In this document: piece after piece, positions 19,548 through 29,146 of the stretch | Layout of the letters: each line of letters opens with the position of its first letter | Position numbering within the stretch: the stretch's first letter is position 1 | Virus record (IMG/VR): IMGVR_UViG_3300045391_004184 | Location: 1 to 64,000 of that record | Source of the DNA: a virus | Length of the DNA: 64,000 nucleotides | Reading direction: 5' to 3' (one strand) | Position numbers and translations under genes: made by a program | Notes under the pieces: model-generated | Told to the model about the DNA's origin: nothing | The model's input: only the letters and a program-made list of their open reading frames with translations | Database searches by the model: none

Positions 19548-19721
19548 ATGCCTTATGTAAGTGATAAACAAAGAAAATATTTTAATTGGGCAGCCGCTCA
19601 CGGAAAAATGGCCCAAAGTATGGTCGATGAATATAATGAAGCTAGTAAAGGTAAAAAATTACCTGAAAAAGTTAATAAGAAAAATAGATTTAAACGAACA
19701 ATGAAAAAATTGGAGAAATAA
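19548..19721 (+). CDS. small basic protein, RF(K/E)RTKK family (57 aa)
   Basis: Not in the ORF track. MPYVSDKQRKYFNWAAAHGK...KKNRFKRTMKKLEK. Fills the 19545..19721 gap exactly. Confidence 0.5.
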   Translation: MPYVSDKQRKYFNWAAAHGKMAQSMVDEYNEASKGKKLPEKVNKKNRFKRTMKKLEK

Positions 19722-20699
19722 ATGGCATTACAGGAAAGAACCAAAGAATTATTATTAGGGGCAATGGGCGATATTGAATCAACTGATGATTTAATAAACC
19801 ATATTGATGAACAAGGGTCTGGTGATATAAAAAGTGATGGATCTGTTGAATTCGCCGCCGATCAGAGTATGGGTGGAAATAAATTAACAGATTTAGCAAC
19901 CCCGACTTCAGATTTTGATGCGGCTACAAAAAAATATGTAGATGATAATTCTGGTGGAGGTGGATCTCCTGGTGGAATGAATACACAAATTCAATATAAT
20001 AGTAGTGGTTCATTTGCAGGTTCTTCGTCTTTAACTTGGGATCAAACAAATAAGATTTTAACCTCAGATTTAATTGCATTAGATCCAACATATTCTTCTC
20101 GTTTTTGGGGATCTGGTGCTCATAATATTGTTTTGAATGACAATGGGACAGGATCGGACGCATTAGTTATTGCAACAAAAGATCAAGATTCTGTTTCTTC
20201 TGCTCCTATTGCAATTGTTACTGGAAGTATTGATTCTGGTGCACAAAATCCTGGAACATTAAATCTTTTTGCTGGAAGTACTGATGGATCGGGTATAGGC
20301 GGACTTGCTATATTACAAGGAGGAGAAGCTAATACCGGAAATGGCGGATCGGTTCAAATTAATGCCGGGGGCACTCTTACAGGAAGTTTTGGTGGAGTCA
20401 TTTTTGTTAATGGCGGAAATGCATATTCTGGAACTGGTACGGGCGGAGGAATTCAAATTACAGGAGGAAGTTCCAATGGCGCTGCTGGTGGAGATATTAC
20501 ACTTCTTGGTGGCACGGGCGCTACAACTCAAGGTAAAATTATTTTAGAGGGTTTATTTATCGAAGTTGAAAGCCCATTCTCAATGAGTCAAATATCTACT
20601 CCTTCTAATCCAACTTCAGGATATAATAAGCTTTATTTTAAATCTGATGGAAAATTATATAGATTAAATTCTTCTGGCGTAGAAACTTTAATAGGATAA
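19722..20699 (+). CDS. tail fibre-like glycine-rich protein
   Basis: KLTDLATPTSDFDAATKKYVDD, a common fibre N-terminal motif. Gly-rich repeats. C-terminal GYNKLYFKSDGKLYRLNSSG. Confidence 0.65.
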   Translation: MALQERTKELLLGAMGDIESTDDLINHIDEQGSGDIKSDGSVEFAADQSMGGNKLTDLATPTSDFDAATKKYVDDNSGGGGSPGGMNTQIQYNSSGSFAGSSSLTWDQTNKILTSDLIALDPTYSSRFWGSGAHNIVLNDNGTGSDALVIATKDQDSVSSAPIAIVTGSIDSGAQNPGTLNLFAGSTDGSGIGGLAILQGGEANTGNGGSVQINAGGTLTGSFGGVIFVNGGNAYSGTGTGGGIQITGGSSNGAAGGDITLLGGTGATTQGKIILEGLFIEVESPFSMSQISTPSNPTSGYNKLYFKSDGKLYRLNSSGVETLIG

Positions 20700-20702
20700 T
20701 AT

Positions 20703-20975
20703 ATGGCTTTTAAATCTTCTGGTGCACGTAAAGCATTTTTTGAACATCTAAAAGAAAAAGGAACATATACTAAACCTGTTTCACAAAGTTCTTCATCTTC
20801 TAGTGTTCCCAGTACTCCAAGTTTACAAGTTCCCAAAGAACCATCAATGGGACCTATTAAATTTGAAACAATTAAACCAATAGATGTTTCAGCGATTGCT
20901 CCAGATGGAAAAAAACCATTATCACCTCAAAAGCTCCTAAGATTTGAAAGAACCAAAAGAGTTTTAAAAGGATAA
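20703..20975 (+). CDS. small protein, RF(K/E)RTKK family
   Basis: N-terminal SSGARKAFFEHLKEKG resembles SDKQRKYFNWAAAHGK of 19548..19721. C-terminal LLRFERTKRVLKG. Confidence 0.5.
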   Translation: MAFKSSGARKAFFEHLKEKGTYTKPVSQSSSSSSVPSTPSLQVPKEPSMGPIKFETIKPIDVSAIAPDGKKPLSPQKLLRFERTKRVLKG

Positions 20976-20978
20976 GGA

Positions 20979-20992
20979 TTTAACAACTATAA
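20979..20992 (+). promoter_or_regulatory. conserved intergenic motif copy 6 (TTTAACAACTATAA), putative phage promoter
   Basis: Only 3 nt separate the motif from the ATG at 20996. Confidence 0.4.
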
Positions 20993-20995
20993 GGT

Positions 20996-21484
20996 ATGGC
21001 TAAAAACGATCAGAAAGCAAATTTAGACAGCTACGAAATGCAAAATAGACTATTTGATGCCGAACACGATGCCCAAAGGGTTGTTTTAGTAACAGGATCT
21101 GACATTAAAGTTGAAGTTGATAATGGACAATTATTAACAGAAATGACTTCGGCCAATGATAAAATTGTTAAATATTTAGATGAATTAGTTAAAGAAAGTC
21201 GAAAAGAAGAACCAACAGTTTTGCCACAAGTTGTAATGGTTCCTAAAGTAGAAATTAAAGAAATAGAAAAACCCGTATATATTACGGAAACAAAAATTGT
21301 GGAAGTTGAAAAAAGAGTAGAAGTTCCAGTTTATAAAACAATTGAAGTTCCTATTATTACAGAACGAATTGTTAAAATTAATGAGGGATCTCCTTTAACA
21401 ACTCAAAAATTTAATCAAATAATTAGAATTATCCAAACCTTAGTGATGTTTGGTGTATTAATTGTACAAATGCTTAAAAAGTAG
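20996..21484 (+). CDS. tail-anchored membrane protein with family-A N-module
   Basis: MQNRLFDAEHDAQRVVLV resembles the N-module of 4174 and 5454. V/E/K/P-rich repeats. C-terminal TM segment IIQTLVMFGVLIVQML. Confidence 0.55.
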   Translation: MAKNDQKANLDSYEMQNRLFDAEHDAQRVVLVTGSDIKVEVDNGQLLTEMTSANDKIVKYLDELVKESRKEEPTVLPQVVMVPKVEIKEIEKPVYITETKIVEVEKRVEVPVYKTIEVPIITERIVKINEGSPLTTQKFNQIIRIIQTLVMFGVLIVQMLKK

Positions 21485-21498
21485 AAAGGAAAAATACT

Positions 21499-21729
21499 AT
21501 GGCATATCTTGTAATTGAAATTAATTCGGATTTGAGCATCGGAGACCTTAATAGTAAGTGTCAAAGTGCTACAAAAGCTCGCGAGGCAGTAGAAGGTTGT
21601 AGAAATCTTTTAGATGCAGTTCTTGCTGGAGCCGTTGATGCAACTGTAAAAGTTGTTTCAAAGGATGCGGCCACGACTATTAACACTTCAGGCACTGGTT
21701 CTGAAAGTGAAACTTACGATTTAAAATAA
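21499..21729 (+). CDS. hypothetical small protein
   Basis: 76 aa with an RBS-like aaaggaaaaa upstream. Confidence 0.5.
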   Translation: MAYLVIEINSDLSIGDLNSKCQSATKAREAVEGCRNLLDAVLAGAVDATVKVVSKDAATTINTSGTGSESETYDLK

Positions 21730-21747
21730 AGAAGGAGAATAAATAAA

Positions 21748-22188
21748 ATGTTGCACGAAAAATTAATGAAAGCTCTTAAAGATAAGAAAAAAGATCTTTC
21801 TGATGATGAAAAAGACGCAAAAATGGATGTTGTTAAGGATTTAAGACAATCTGCAATGGATTCTATGAAAGGTCGTTTAGACGGTCTTAAAAAAGTATCT
21901 GTTATGTCAGATAGTAGCAAAGGTCTTGAGGAAGGTCTTAATAAAGCTCAAGATATTATCTCTAATGCGGCCGAACATAAAGATAAAGACGATGATGCAA
22001 TGGAAGAATCTGAAAGCCATTTGCCCGGTCAAGACGGTGAACCTGAACATAATGATGAAGGCCCCGCTCATGAATCTATGGAATCTGATGAAGAAGAATC
22101 AGAAGAACATCCAGAAGAAATGAATCATGAAGATTTAATGAAACACATCGAGGAACTTCAAGCTCTTGCTGCAAAGATGAAGAAGTAA
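21748..22188 (+). CDS. highly acidic protein
   Basis: AAGGAG RBS. C-terminal half is dominated by D/E (ESMESDEEESEEHPEEMNHED). Confidence 0.6.
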   Translation: MLHEKLMKALKDKKKDLSDDEKDAKMDVVKDLRQSAMDSMKGRLDGLKKVSVMSDSSKGLEEGLNKAQDIISNAAEHKDKDDDAMEESESHLPGQDGEPEHNDEGPAHESMESDEEESEEHPEEMNHEDLMKHIEELQALAAKMKK

Positions 22189-22223
22189 TTTAGATCTTCT
22201 TAAAAACTTTAAGGAGTTTTGGA

Positions 22224-22979
22224 TTGATATCTTTAAAACAATGTTCTAAATGTTTGGAAAATAAACAATTAGATCAATTTCATAAACAAAAAAGTACTAA
22301 AGATGGATTTCAATGTTATTGTAAATCTTGTAAAACTTTAATACTTAAGGAATATAAAATTAAAAGATTATCTAAAAAAATAGATATTCTTAAAAAGGAA
22401 TGTTTCGATTGTTATAAAATTTTAGATATTAAAATGTTTAATTTTAATCCTTTGGGGGCAGATGGACATGAAAAAAGATGCAAAAGCTGCCAATCTTTCT
22501 ATTCAAAACAATATAGAAAAAATAATATTGAAAAATTAAAAGAAAAAAAGAAAAAATATTATTTAAAAAATAAAGAATATATTAAGAAAAAAGTTAAAAA
22601 CTATGTTAAAGAAAATCGAGATAAAGTTAGAAAAATTTCTTTAAAAATATATCATAGAAGATATAATACTGATTTGCATTTTAATTTAATTACAAAATTA
22701 AGAAGTAGATTAAATTCTGCTTTAAAAAATAAAAAATGGAAAAAAAATTCCAAATTTTCTCAATATATAGGATGTTCTCTAGAGGATTTAAAACTTCATT
22801 TAGAAAAACAATTTCAACCAGGAATGTCCTGGAAAAATCGCAAGGAATGGCATATAGACCATATAATTCCATTAAGTTCTGCTAAAAACGAACAAGAATT
22901 ATATAAATTGTGTCATTATACAAATTTACAACCTTTATGGGCAATAGATAATATTAAAAAAGGTAATAAGGTGGCATAA
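22224..22979 (+). CDS. HNH-type endonuclease (free-standing, homing-like)
   Basis: TTG start behind AAGGAG. CxxC repeats. WHIDHIIPLS...NLQPLWAIDNIKKGNK. Paralog of the N-terminal half of 13866..15383. Confidence 0.75.
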   Translation: MISLKQCSKCLENKQLDQFHKQKSTKDGFQCYCKSCKTLILKEYKIKRLSKKIDILKKECFDCYKILDIKMFNFNPLGADGHEKRCKSCQSFYSKQYRKNNIEKLKEKKKKYYLKNKEYIKKKVKNYVKENRDKVRKISLKIYHRRYNTDLHFNLITKLRSRLNSALKNKKWKKNSKFSQYIGCSLEDLKLHLEKQFQPGMSWKNRKEWHIDHIIPLSSAKNEQELYKLCHYTNLQPLWAIDNIKKGNKVA

Positions 22980-22980
22980 A

Positions 22981-24519
22981 ATGGCAACAACCCCATGGAT
23001 GACAACTAATGATTTGATAGAGGCCGTTAAAAGAAAAATAAGTTTTCCGACGAGTCAAGCGACTTTTACTGATCAAGATATCGTTAAGTTCGCTAATGAA
23101 GAAATGTTCATTTCGCAGGTTCCAAGTGTACTTGAATATCATGAAGAATATTTCGTATATCAAAAAACCGTTCCATTAAAAACAAACGTAAATCGTTACG
23201 CTATTCCAGATCGTGCAACGGGAATGAAGCTAAGGGATTTATTTTTTCAAGATTCCAATGGAAATCTCGTTGAAATGGTTCGTGTTAATGCCGATGATAG
23301 AGCATTTTTTCAAAGAAACGTTGGTGCTAATACTACAGTTTATAAATTTTTCCTTCAAGGAAATGATGTTGTAATAACTCCTTCTGTAACATCAGATCCT
23401 TCTGGTAGTTTGTTATTTGTATTTTTCCTTCGACCAAATCAATTGGTTGTAAATAGTCGTGCTGCTAGTATTAATGGATTTAATCAAACTATTACTGTTA
23501 ATAGTTCTCTAATCCAAGTATTAGATACTGTAAATGTTGATAATGCTCTTTTTACTGCCGTCAATACTAATGGTGGATCTATCAGCGCAATTGAATATTA
23601 TAGTAGTTTAGAAACAAAAATTACAACTTCAACTCCTCATCAATTAACTGAGGGACAAATTGTAACTATTAGTGGTTCTGATTGTGTTCCATCTATTGAT
23701 GGCGATTATGAAGTTTCAGTTTTAGATGATACAAAATTTTTAATAACAAAAGAAATAGGTGTAAATGGAAGTACGGGTTCATTTACAAGTCCTAATTTCT
23801 TTGTAATTGGTGGAACAGATGCACTAACCACAACAAATTTGACAAGTGCAATTAATCTTGTGGGCCTTGGAGATAATGGACCAATTAGCGCCACAAGTTC
23901 TACAAATGTAATTCAATTAAAATTTCAAAGCATTAAATCAACTGTTTCTACTTCAAGAACTGTTGCATTTGTAATTCCACAAAATACAATTGGAATTCAG
24001 TTTGACAATGTTCCAACAACTTTTCAAGATCCAGATACATTAGTTACAAGTCCATTATTTACCGATGGATCTAAAATTGATTTATTGCAAAGAAAACCTG
24101 GACATAGAACCTGGTGCTATGATGTACAAATTCCAGAAAATGGAATTAGTGGAAATAGTGTATTTTTTAATAAAAACTCTATTTTAATTCCTTCAATGAC
24201 CACAGGAAATTCTGATAGCAGTGTTATTTTTGAATTACCAGATTTAGAACCTGGTGATTATATGTGTTTAGCAAATGAGGCTATTATTCCTCAAATCCCC
24301 CCAGATCTTCATACAGGACTCGCAGAAAGAGCCGCCGCTAGAATTTTATCAGCAATTGGGGATTTGCAGGGCGAACAGGCTCAAATGCAAAAAATCCAGG
24401 CAATTGAAGAACGTCAAGGAAATCTTTTGGACTCCAGGGTTGATGGTTCTCCAATAAAAATAATGAATAAAATGAGTTTACTTCGTCTTGGAAAATTTGG
24501 AACTAGACGTAGATATTAA
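22981..24519 (+). CDS. tail structural protein (tubular/adaptor candidate) with one small beta-domain repeat
   Basis: 512 aa. TKITTSTPHQLTEGQIVTISGSDCVPSIDGDYEVSVLDDTKFLI (about 23611..23750) matches repeats in the next gene. Confidence 0.65.
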   Translation: MATTPWMTTNDLIEAVKRKISFPTSQATFTDQDIVKFANEEMFISQVPSVLEYHEEYFVYQKTVPLKTNVNRYAIPDRATGMKLRDLFFQDSNGNLVEMVRVNADDRAFFQRNVGANTTVYKFFLQGNDVVITPSVTSDPSGSLLFVFFLRPNQLVVNSRAASINGFNQTITVNSSLIQVLDTVNVDNALFTAVNTNGGSISAIEYYSSLETKITTSTPHQLTEGQIVTISGSDCVPSIDGDYEVSVLDDTKFLITKEIGVNGSTGSFTSPNFFVIGGTDALTTTNLTSAINLVGLGDNGPISATSSTNVIQLKFQSIKSTVSTSRTVAFVIPQNTIGIQFDNVPTTFQDPDTLVTSPLFTDGSKIDLLQRKPGHRTWCYDVQIPENGISGNSVFFNKNSILIPSMTTGNSDSSVIFELPDLEPGDYMCLANEAIIPQIPPDLHTGLAERAAARILSAIGDLQGEQAQMQKIQAIEERQGNLLDSRVDGSPIKIMNKMSLLRLGKFGTRRRY

Positions 24520-24530
24520 GGATAAATTAA

Positions 24531-27500
24531 ATGCCAAGTGTTGTAAATTTAAAAGCACAGGGATTGCAGCTTGAGCAAAATCAGCTAGAAGTTGAACCTG
24601 GTTTTATGTCAGAAGCTTCTAATGTTATTATTAGAAGAGATTCTGTTGTAGAACCTCGCCGTGGCTATAAAATTTATGGTGATTCTTTAGGCTCTTCTTC
24701 CGATAGAGCTAAACAACTTTTTACATATAAAGAAAGAATTCTAAGACATTATTCAAATAAAATTGATTTTGATAATGGTTCTGGAACCTTTACACAATTT
24801 GCCGGTAATTATTTAGAGCCGGTCACTGGTAGAAAAATAAGATCTATTGAAGCTAATAGTAATTTTTATTTTACAAGTGATGGCGGTGTTAAGAAAATTT
24901 CAGCATTAGATGCTTCACAATTTACTTCAGCTTCAGGATATATCACACAGGCTGGAGGAGTAAAAGCTCTAGACGTTGATGCTAGAATTAATTATACCCC
25001 AGGATCTTCTTCTGGTTTTCTTCCACAAGATAGTGCTGTTGCATATAGGGTCGTTTGGGGAATAAAAGATGCTAACCAAAATTTAATTCTTGGAACTCCT
25101 TCTCAGAGAGCCGAAGTTTATAACCCACTTTTAGATTTAATGATTAGAGATTTCGACAATGTTTTATTGGCATTAGATGAAGTTTCTACAAATACTAGTG
25201 CTAGTTTAATTAATGATGGGGACTATGTTTCTACTCTTAATTTACAAATCAATGCTTCTCCACAGGAATTAAGAACAAACCTAATTTCTTTGGCATCAAA
25301 AATTGATGCTGATATTCTCTATGCTTCAACAACTTCCTCTGCCCCTTTAGGACTCGGAGGTGGAAGCTCTATTTCCGTTTCTACAAATGTTGCGACTATT
25401 ACTTTTGATTCGGGAGATGCAACTGATTATTTTGTTTCTGGAAGTAGAATCAATTTAACAAATTTTTCTGGTGGGGCTTCTGTTGTTAATGGTCCACAAA
25501 CTGTCGCTAGTGTTACTTCTTCAACGGTTACATTTAATATTACAACTGCCGATTTTTCACAATCCCCAGTTACAACTGGTGATATTACTTCATATGAATA
25601 TGAATCCATTACACAACCTTCTGCTCCTGGAACCCCAACAACTGATGCCGAACTTGTTGCAATTCAAACATATTTAGAAGAAATTATAACAAGACTTCAA
25701 TCAGAACCAACTACAGGTTCCGCTCCTGTTATTAATTCTACTGTTAAAACCGAATATATTGATCCTCTTGATATTACAACTTCAGCAACGGTTATTTTAA
25801 GATTTACAGTTCCATCTGAAGTTACAACAAGTCATTTTTATCAAATTTATAGATCTGATATCGCAATAGCAACTGGTGTGGCTGTTTTAAGTACGGATGT
25901 TTTTCCTAATGATGAAATGAAACTTGTTTTTGAAGGAACTCCAACTTCAGCACAGATTTCAGCTAGAGAAATAACAGTAGAGGATATTGCTCCAGATGAA
26001 TTTAGAGGCGCAAATCTTTATACAAATCCGACCACCGGCGAAGGAATTCTACAAGCGAATGATATTCCCCCATTTTGCACAGATATTAATTATTTTAAAA
26101 ACGTAACATTTTATGCAAATACGCGCACTCGCCATAGAGAAAGTATGAATTTATTGGGCGTAGTAAATATGCTTAATGATTATGGTAGTGGTTCTAATGT
26201 TAATACATTTAATTCTGGAGATGTTGATACTTCTACAGATACAATTAGTATAACTTCTCATGGATATACTTCTGGACAATCTGTTATTTTTTCAAATAGC
26301 ACTCCTTCGGATTTACCTGGTGGACTTACTCAAGGTATTACATATTATATTTTAAATCCAACAACTAATGATTTTCAAATTTCCTTAACTGTTGATGGTT
26401 CTCCCGTTGATTTAACTTCTGGTGGTTCTGGAACACACACAGTTCAAAATCAATTACCTAAATTTATGATTTCTGATGGAGTAACTACAAATACATATAG
26501 CTTTATTGCTGGTGTTCAGCAAATTACAGAAATTCAATGTAATGCGGCTTCAACTCTTGTGGGAACAGCAAATCCTTCTTCTTACTTTCTTTTAAATTCA
26601 GGAAATGATACAAATCAGTATTATGTATGGTATAAAGTAGATAGTACTTCTTTAGATCCAAAAATTACTGGTAAAACTGGTATTGAAGTTGATGTTTTAA
26701 GTGGGGATACAGCAGATGATGTCGCCTTGAAAACTGCAAATACACTACTTTCTTATCCCGCTGACTTTTTTGCTGATGCTTCAACTGATAAAGTTGATAT
26801 TACAAACATTACTGCCGGATACACAACGGCAGCTAGTGATGGAAATACCGGATTTACTTTTTCTGTTATTCAACAAGGAAAAGGTGAAAATGCTTCTAAT
26901 AAAGAAATTCTTTTATCATCTCTCGTTTCTCCCGCAGCGGCTGTTGATCAAACTGCGAGGAGTTTAGTAAGAGTTATTAATGAAAATGCTTCAGAAATAG
27001 TTAATGCATTTTATTTATCAAATGTTAATGAAGTTCCTGGTCAAATTTTATTTGAAAAACGAACTCTTGATAATGAACCATTTTATCTTTTAGGTGAAAA
27101 TGAAATAACAGGACAATCTTTTAATCCTGATATTAGTCCCGATATTAACATTCAATCTATAGCCGTTGGAAATCCTACTATCATTACAACAAGTTCTCCT
27201 CATGGTTTAACAAATTTGGATGAAATTATTATTTCAGGATCAGATTCAACTCCTTCCATAGATGGACTTTATGTAGTAAATGTTCTTAGTTCTACCACCT
27301 TTTCAATAGAAGTTATTGTAACGGTTCCTGGAATTCAAGGAGCATTGATTAAAACTTCTTTAGCTGGTGCAGTTTCAGATAATGAATCCAGAAAGAATAG
27401 AATATATTATTCAAAACTTCAACAACCAGAAGCTGTTCCTATTTTAAATAATTTAGATGTTGGGGCTAAAGATAAAGCTATTTTAAGAATCTTTCCATTA

Positions 27501-29144
27501 AGAGATAGCCTATTTGTTTTTAAAGAAGATGGACTATTTAGAATTTCTGGAGAAGTTGCTCCTTTTAATATCGCACTATTTGATAGCAGTGCGGTAACTG
27601 TTGCTGCAGATTCTGTTGCTGTTAGTAATAATATTATTTATGCATGGACAACTCAAGGTATTGTTGGTGTTACAGAATCAGGGGTAAGAATTATTTCAAG
27701 ACCTATTGATATTGCAATTTTACCATTAAATACTCCGCAATATACTAATTTTAAAACTGCTACGTGGGGAATAGGATATGAATCGGATAATTCTTATACT
27801 GTTTATACTGTTAATAATATTAGTGACCAATATGCAACAATTGGCTATCGTTATGGAACATTAACTGGAACCTGGACAACTTTTGATAAAACCGCAACTG
27901 CTGGTATTATAAATCCAGTTGATGATCGTCAATATTTAGGCGCTGGCGATATTAATAATATTGAACAAGAAAGAAAAAACTTTAATAGAACAGATTATTC
28001 CGATAGAGAATATGTTATTCAACTAACATTAAATAACTATTTAGGAGATGAGCTACGATTTACAAGTCTGGAAAATATTGAAATTGGTGATGTATTAGTT
28101 CAAACCCAATATATATCTGTTTATGATTATAATCAATTATTACAAAAATTAGATATAGATCCAACTTTAAGTCCCCATGATTATTTATCAACATTAGAAT
28201 TAAGCGCTGGAACAAATACAAGAAATGCTTTAGATGCACTTTTAGAAAAAATCGCCAATGATCCAGGTAGAAATTCAGTTTCTGGGGCTTTATCTCCAAC
28301 TGTTTATGAAGCATATGAATCTGTTTCATCTTCTTTAACAATTAGTGATATTTCTGTTGGAAATCCTACTATCATTACAACTTCTACAAATCATAATTTA
28401 CAAACTGGTAGAGTTATTACAATTACTGGATCTGATAGTTCTCCATCTGTTAACGGAGTTCATCAAATTACAGTTCTAAGTGCTAATACTTTTTCAATTC
28501 CGACTTCAGTAATTACTGCTGGAACAACAGGTTCTGTATCAGTAAATAATGATGATTTTTTGGATATTCAGGCATCCTATAATGCAATGATCGGATCTTT
28601 AAATTCTGACGCGGGTGTTGGATTTTCAAATTATAAAAAAGTTGAAAGTACTACTTCTCAAGAAGCAATTATTTTAGATATTAATAAACAAACAAAAGTT
28701 GTAACCTTAAGTCAAACTCTTCCTTTTATTGTTGGTCCTATTACTAACTTTAAAACAATTGAAACAAATGTTACATATACTCCTATTACTTTTGGTGATC
28801 CATTAAGTTTAAAACAAATTTATGAAGCAACTTTAATGTTTGATAAAAAGATTTTTAATGGCGCCTCTTTAAGTTTTTCATCTGATTTAATTCCAAAAGC
28901 TGTAACAGTAGATTTTAGTGGAAATTCTGCCGGTATATTTGGTCTTTATGGACAATTTGGTACAGGATTTTTTGGAAAAGTATCAAGTGCGGCACCTTTT
29001 AGAACAATAGTTCCAAGAGTTATGCAGAGATGTAGATTTTTAGTTTGTAATTTTAGACACAAAGCCGCTAGAGAAAGTTATGCCTTATATGGAATAACTC
29101 TTACTGGAAGAACTGGCATTAGCTCTCGTGCCTACAGGGAATAA
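24531..29144 (+). CDS. large tail structural protein (1537 aa) with four copies of the small beta-domain repeat
   Basis: Repeats at about 25389..25548, 26235..26390, 27172..27315 and 28362..28506 (e.g. NPTIITTSSPHGLTNLDEIIISGSDSTPSIDGLYVVNVLSSTTFSI). Confidence 0.75.
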   Translation: MPSVVNLKAQGLQLEQNQLEVEPGFMSEASNVIIRRDSVVEPRRGYKIYGDSLGSSSDRAKQLFTYKERILRHYSNKIDFDNGSGTFTQFAGNYLEPVTGRKIRSIEANSNFYFTSDGGVKKISALDASQFTSASGYITQAGGVKALDVDARINYTPGSSSGFLPQDSAVAYRVVWGIKDANQNLILGTPSQRAEVYNPLLDLMIRDFDNVLLALDEVSTNTSASLINDGDYVSTLNLQINASPQELRTNLISLASKIDADILYASTTSSAPLGLGGGSSISVSTNVATITFDSGDATDYFVSGSRINLTNFSGGASVVNGPQTVASVTSSTVTFNITTADFSQSPVTTGDITSYEYESITQPSAPGTPTTDAELVAIQTYLEEIITRLQSEPTTGSAPVINSTVKTEYIDPLDITTSATVILRFTVPSEVTTSHFYQIYRSDIAIATGVAVLSTDVFPNDEMKLVFEGTPTSAQISAREITVEDIAPDEFRGANLYTNPTTGEGILQANDIPPFCTDINYFKNVTFYANTRTRHRESMNLLGVVNMLNDYGSGSNVNTFNSGDVDTSTDTISITSHGYTSGQSVIFSNSTPSDLPGGLTQGITYYILNPTTNDFQISLTVDGSPVDLTSGGSGTHTVQNQLPKFMISDGVTTNTYSFIAGVQQITEIQCNAASTLVGTANPSSYFLLNSGNDTNQYYVWYKVDSTSLDPKITGKTGIEVDVLSGDTADDVALKTANTLLSYPADFFADASTDKVDITNITAGYTTAASDGNTGFTFSVIQQGKGENASNKEILLSSLVSPAAAVDQTARSLVRVINENASEIVNAFYLSNVNEVPGQILFEKRTLDNEPFYLLGENEITGQSFNPDISPDINIQSIAVGNPTIITTSSPHGLTNLDEIIISGSDSTPSIDGLYVVNVLSSTTFSIEVIVTVPGIQGALIKTSLAGAVSDNESRKNRIYYSKLQQPEAVPILNNLDVGAKDKAILRIFPLRDSLFVFKEDGLFRISGEVAPFNIALFDSSAVTVAADSVAVSNNIIYAWTTQGIVGVTESGVRIISRPIDIAILPLNTPQYTNFKTATWGIGYESDNSYTVYTVNNISDQYATIGYRYGTLTGTWTTFDKTATAGIINPVDDRQYLGAGDINNIEQERKNFNRTDYSDREYVIQLTLNNYLGDELRFTSLENIEIGDVLVQTQYISVYDYNQLLQKLDIDPTLSPHDYLSTLELSAGTNTRNALDALLEKIANDPGRNSVSGALSPTVYEAYESVSSSLTISDISVGNPTIITTSTNHNLQTGRVITITGSDSSPSVNGVHQITVLSANTFSIPTSVITAGTTGSVSVNNDDFLDIQASYNAMIGSLNSDAGVGFSNYKKVESTTSQEAIILDINKQTKVVTLSQTLPFIVGPITNFKTIETNVTYTPITFGDPLSLKQIYEATLMFDKKIFNGASLSFSSDLIPKAVTVDFSGNSAGIFGLYGQFGTGFFGKVSSAAPFRTIVPRVMQRCRFLVCNFRHKAARESYALYGITLTGRTGISSRAYRE
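27165..27190 (+). repeat. 26-nt exact direct repeat, copy 1 (GTTGGAAATCCTACTATCATTACAAC)
   Basis: Identical to 28356..28381. Both copies start a beta-domain repeat within the 1537-aa gene. Confidence 0.9.
28356..28381 (+). repeat. 26-nt exact direct repeat, copy 2
   Basis: Identical to 27165..27190. Confidence 0.9.
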
Positions 29145-29146
29145 TA

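Noticed and set aside
15940-20699. A diversity-generating retroelement or phase-variable fibre locus.
   Set aside because: No reverse transcriptase, template/variable repeat pair, invertase or simple-sequence tract was seen in or near the fibre genes. The internal repeats are diverged protein repeats.
24531-29144. The 1537-aa ORF as an N4-like virion RNA polymerase or a tape-measure protein.
   Set aside because: No polymerase-type acidic motifs were recognised. The sequence is S/T/G/N-rich beta-type with repeated small domains, consistent with a tail or nozzle structural protein.
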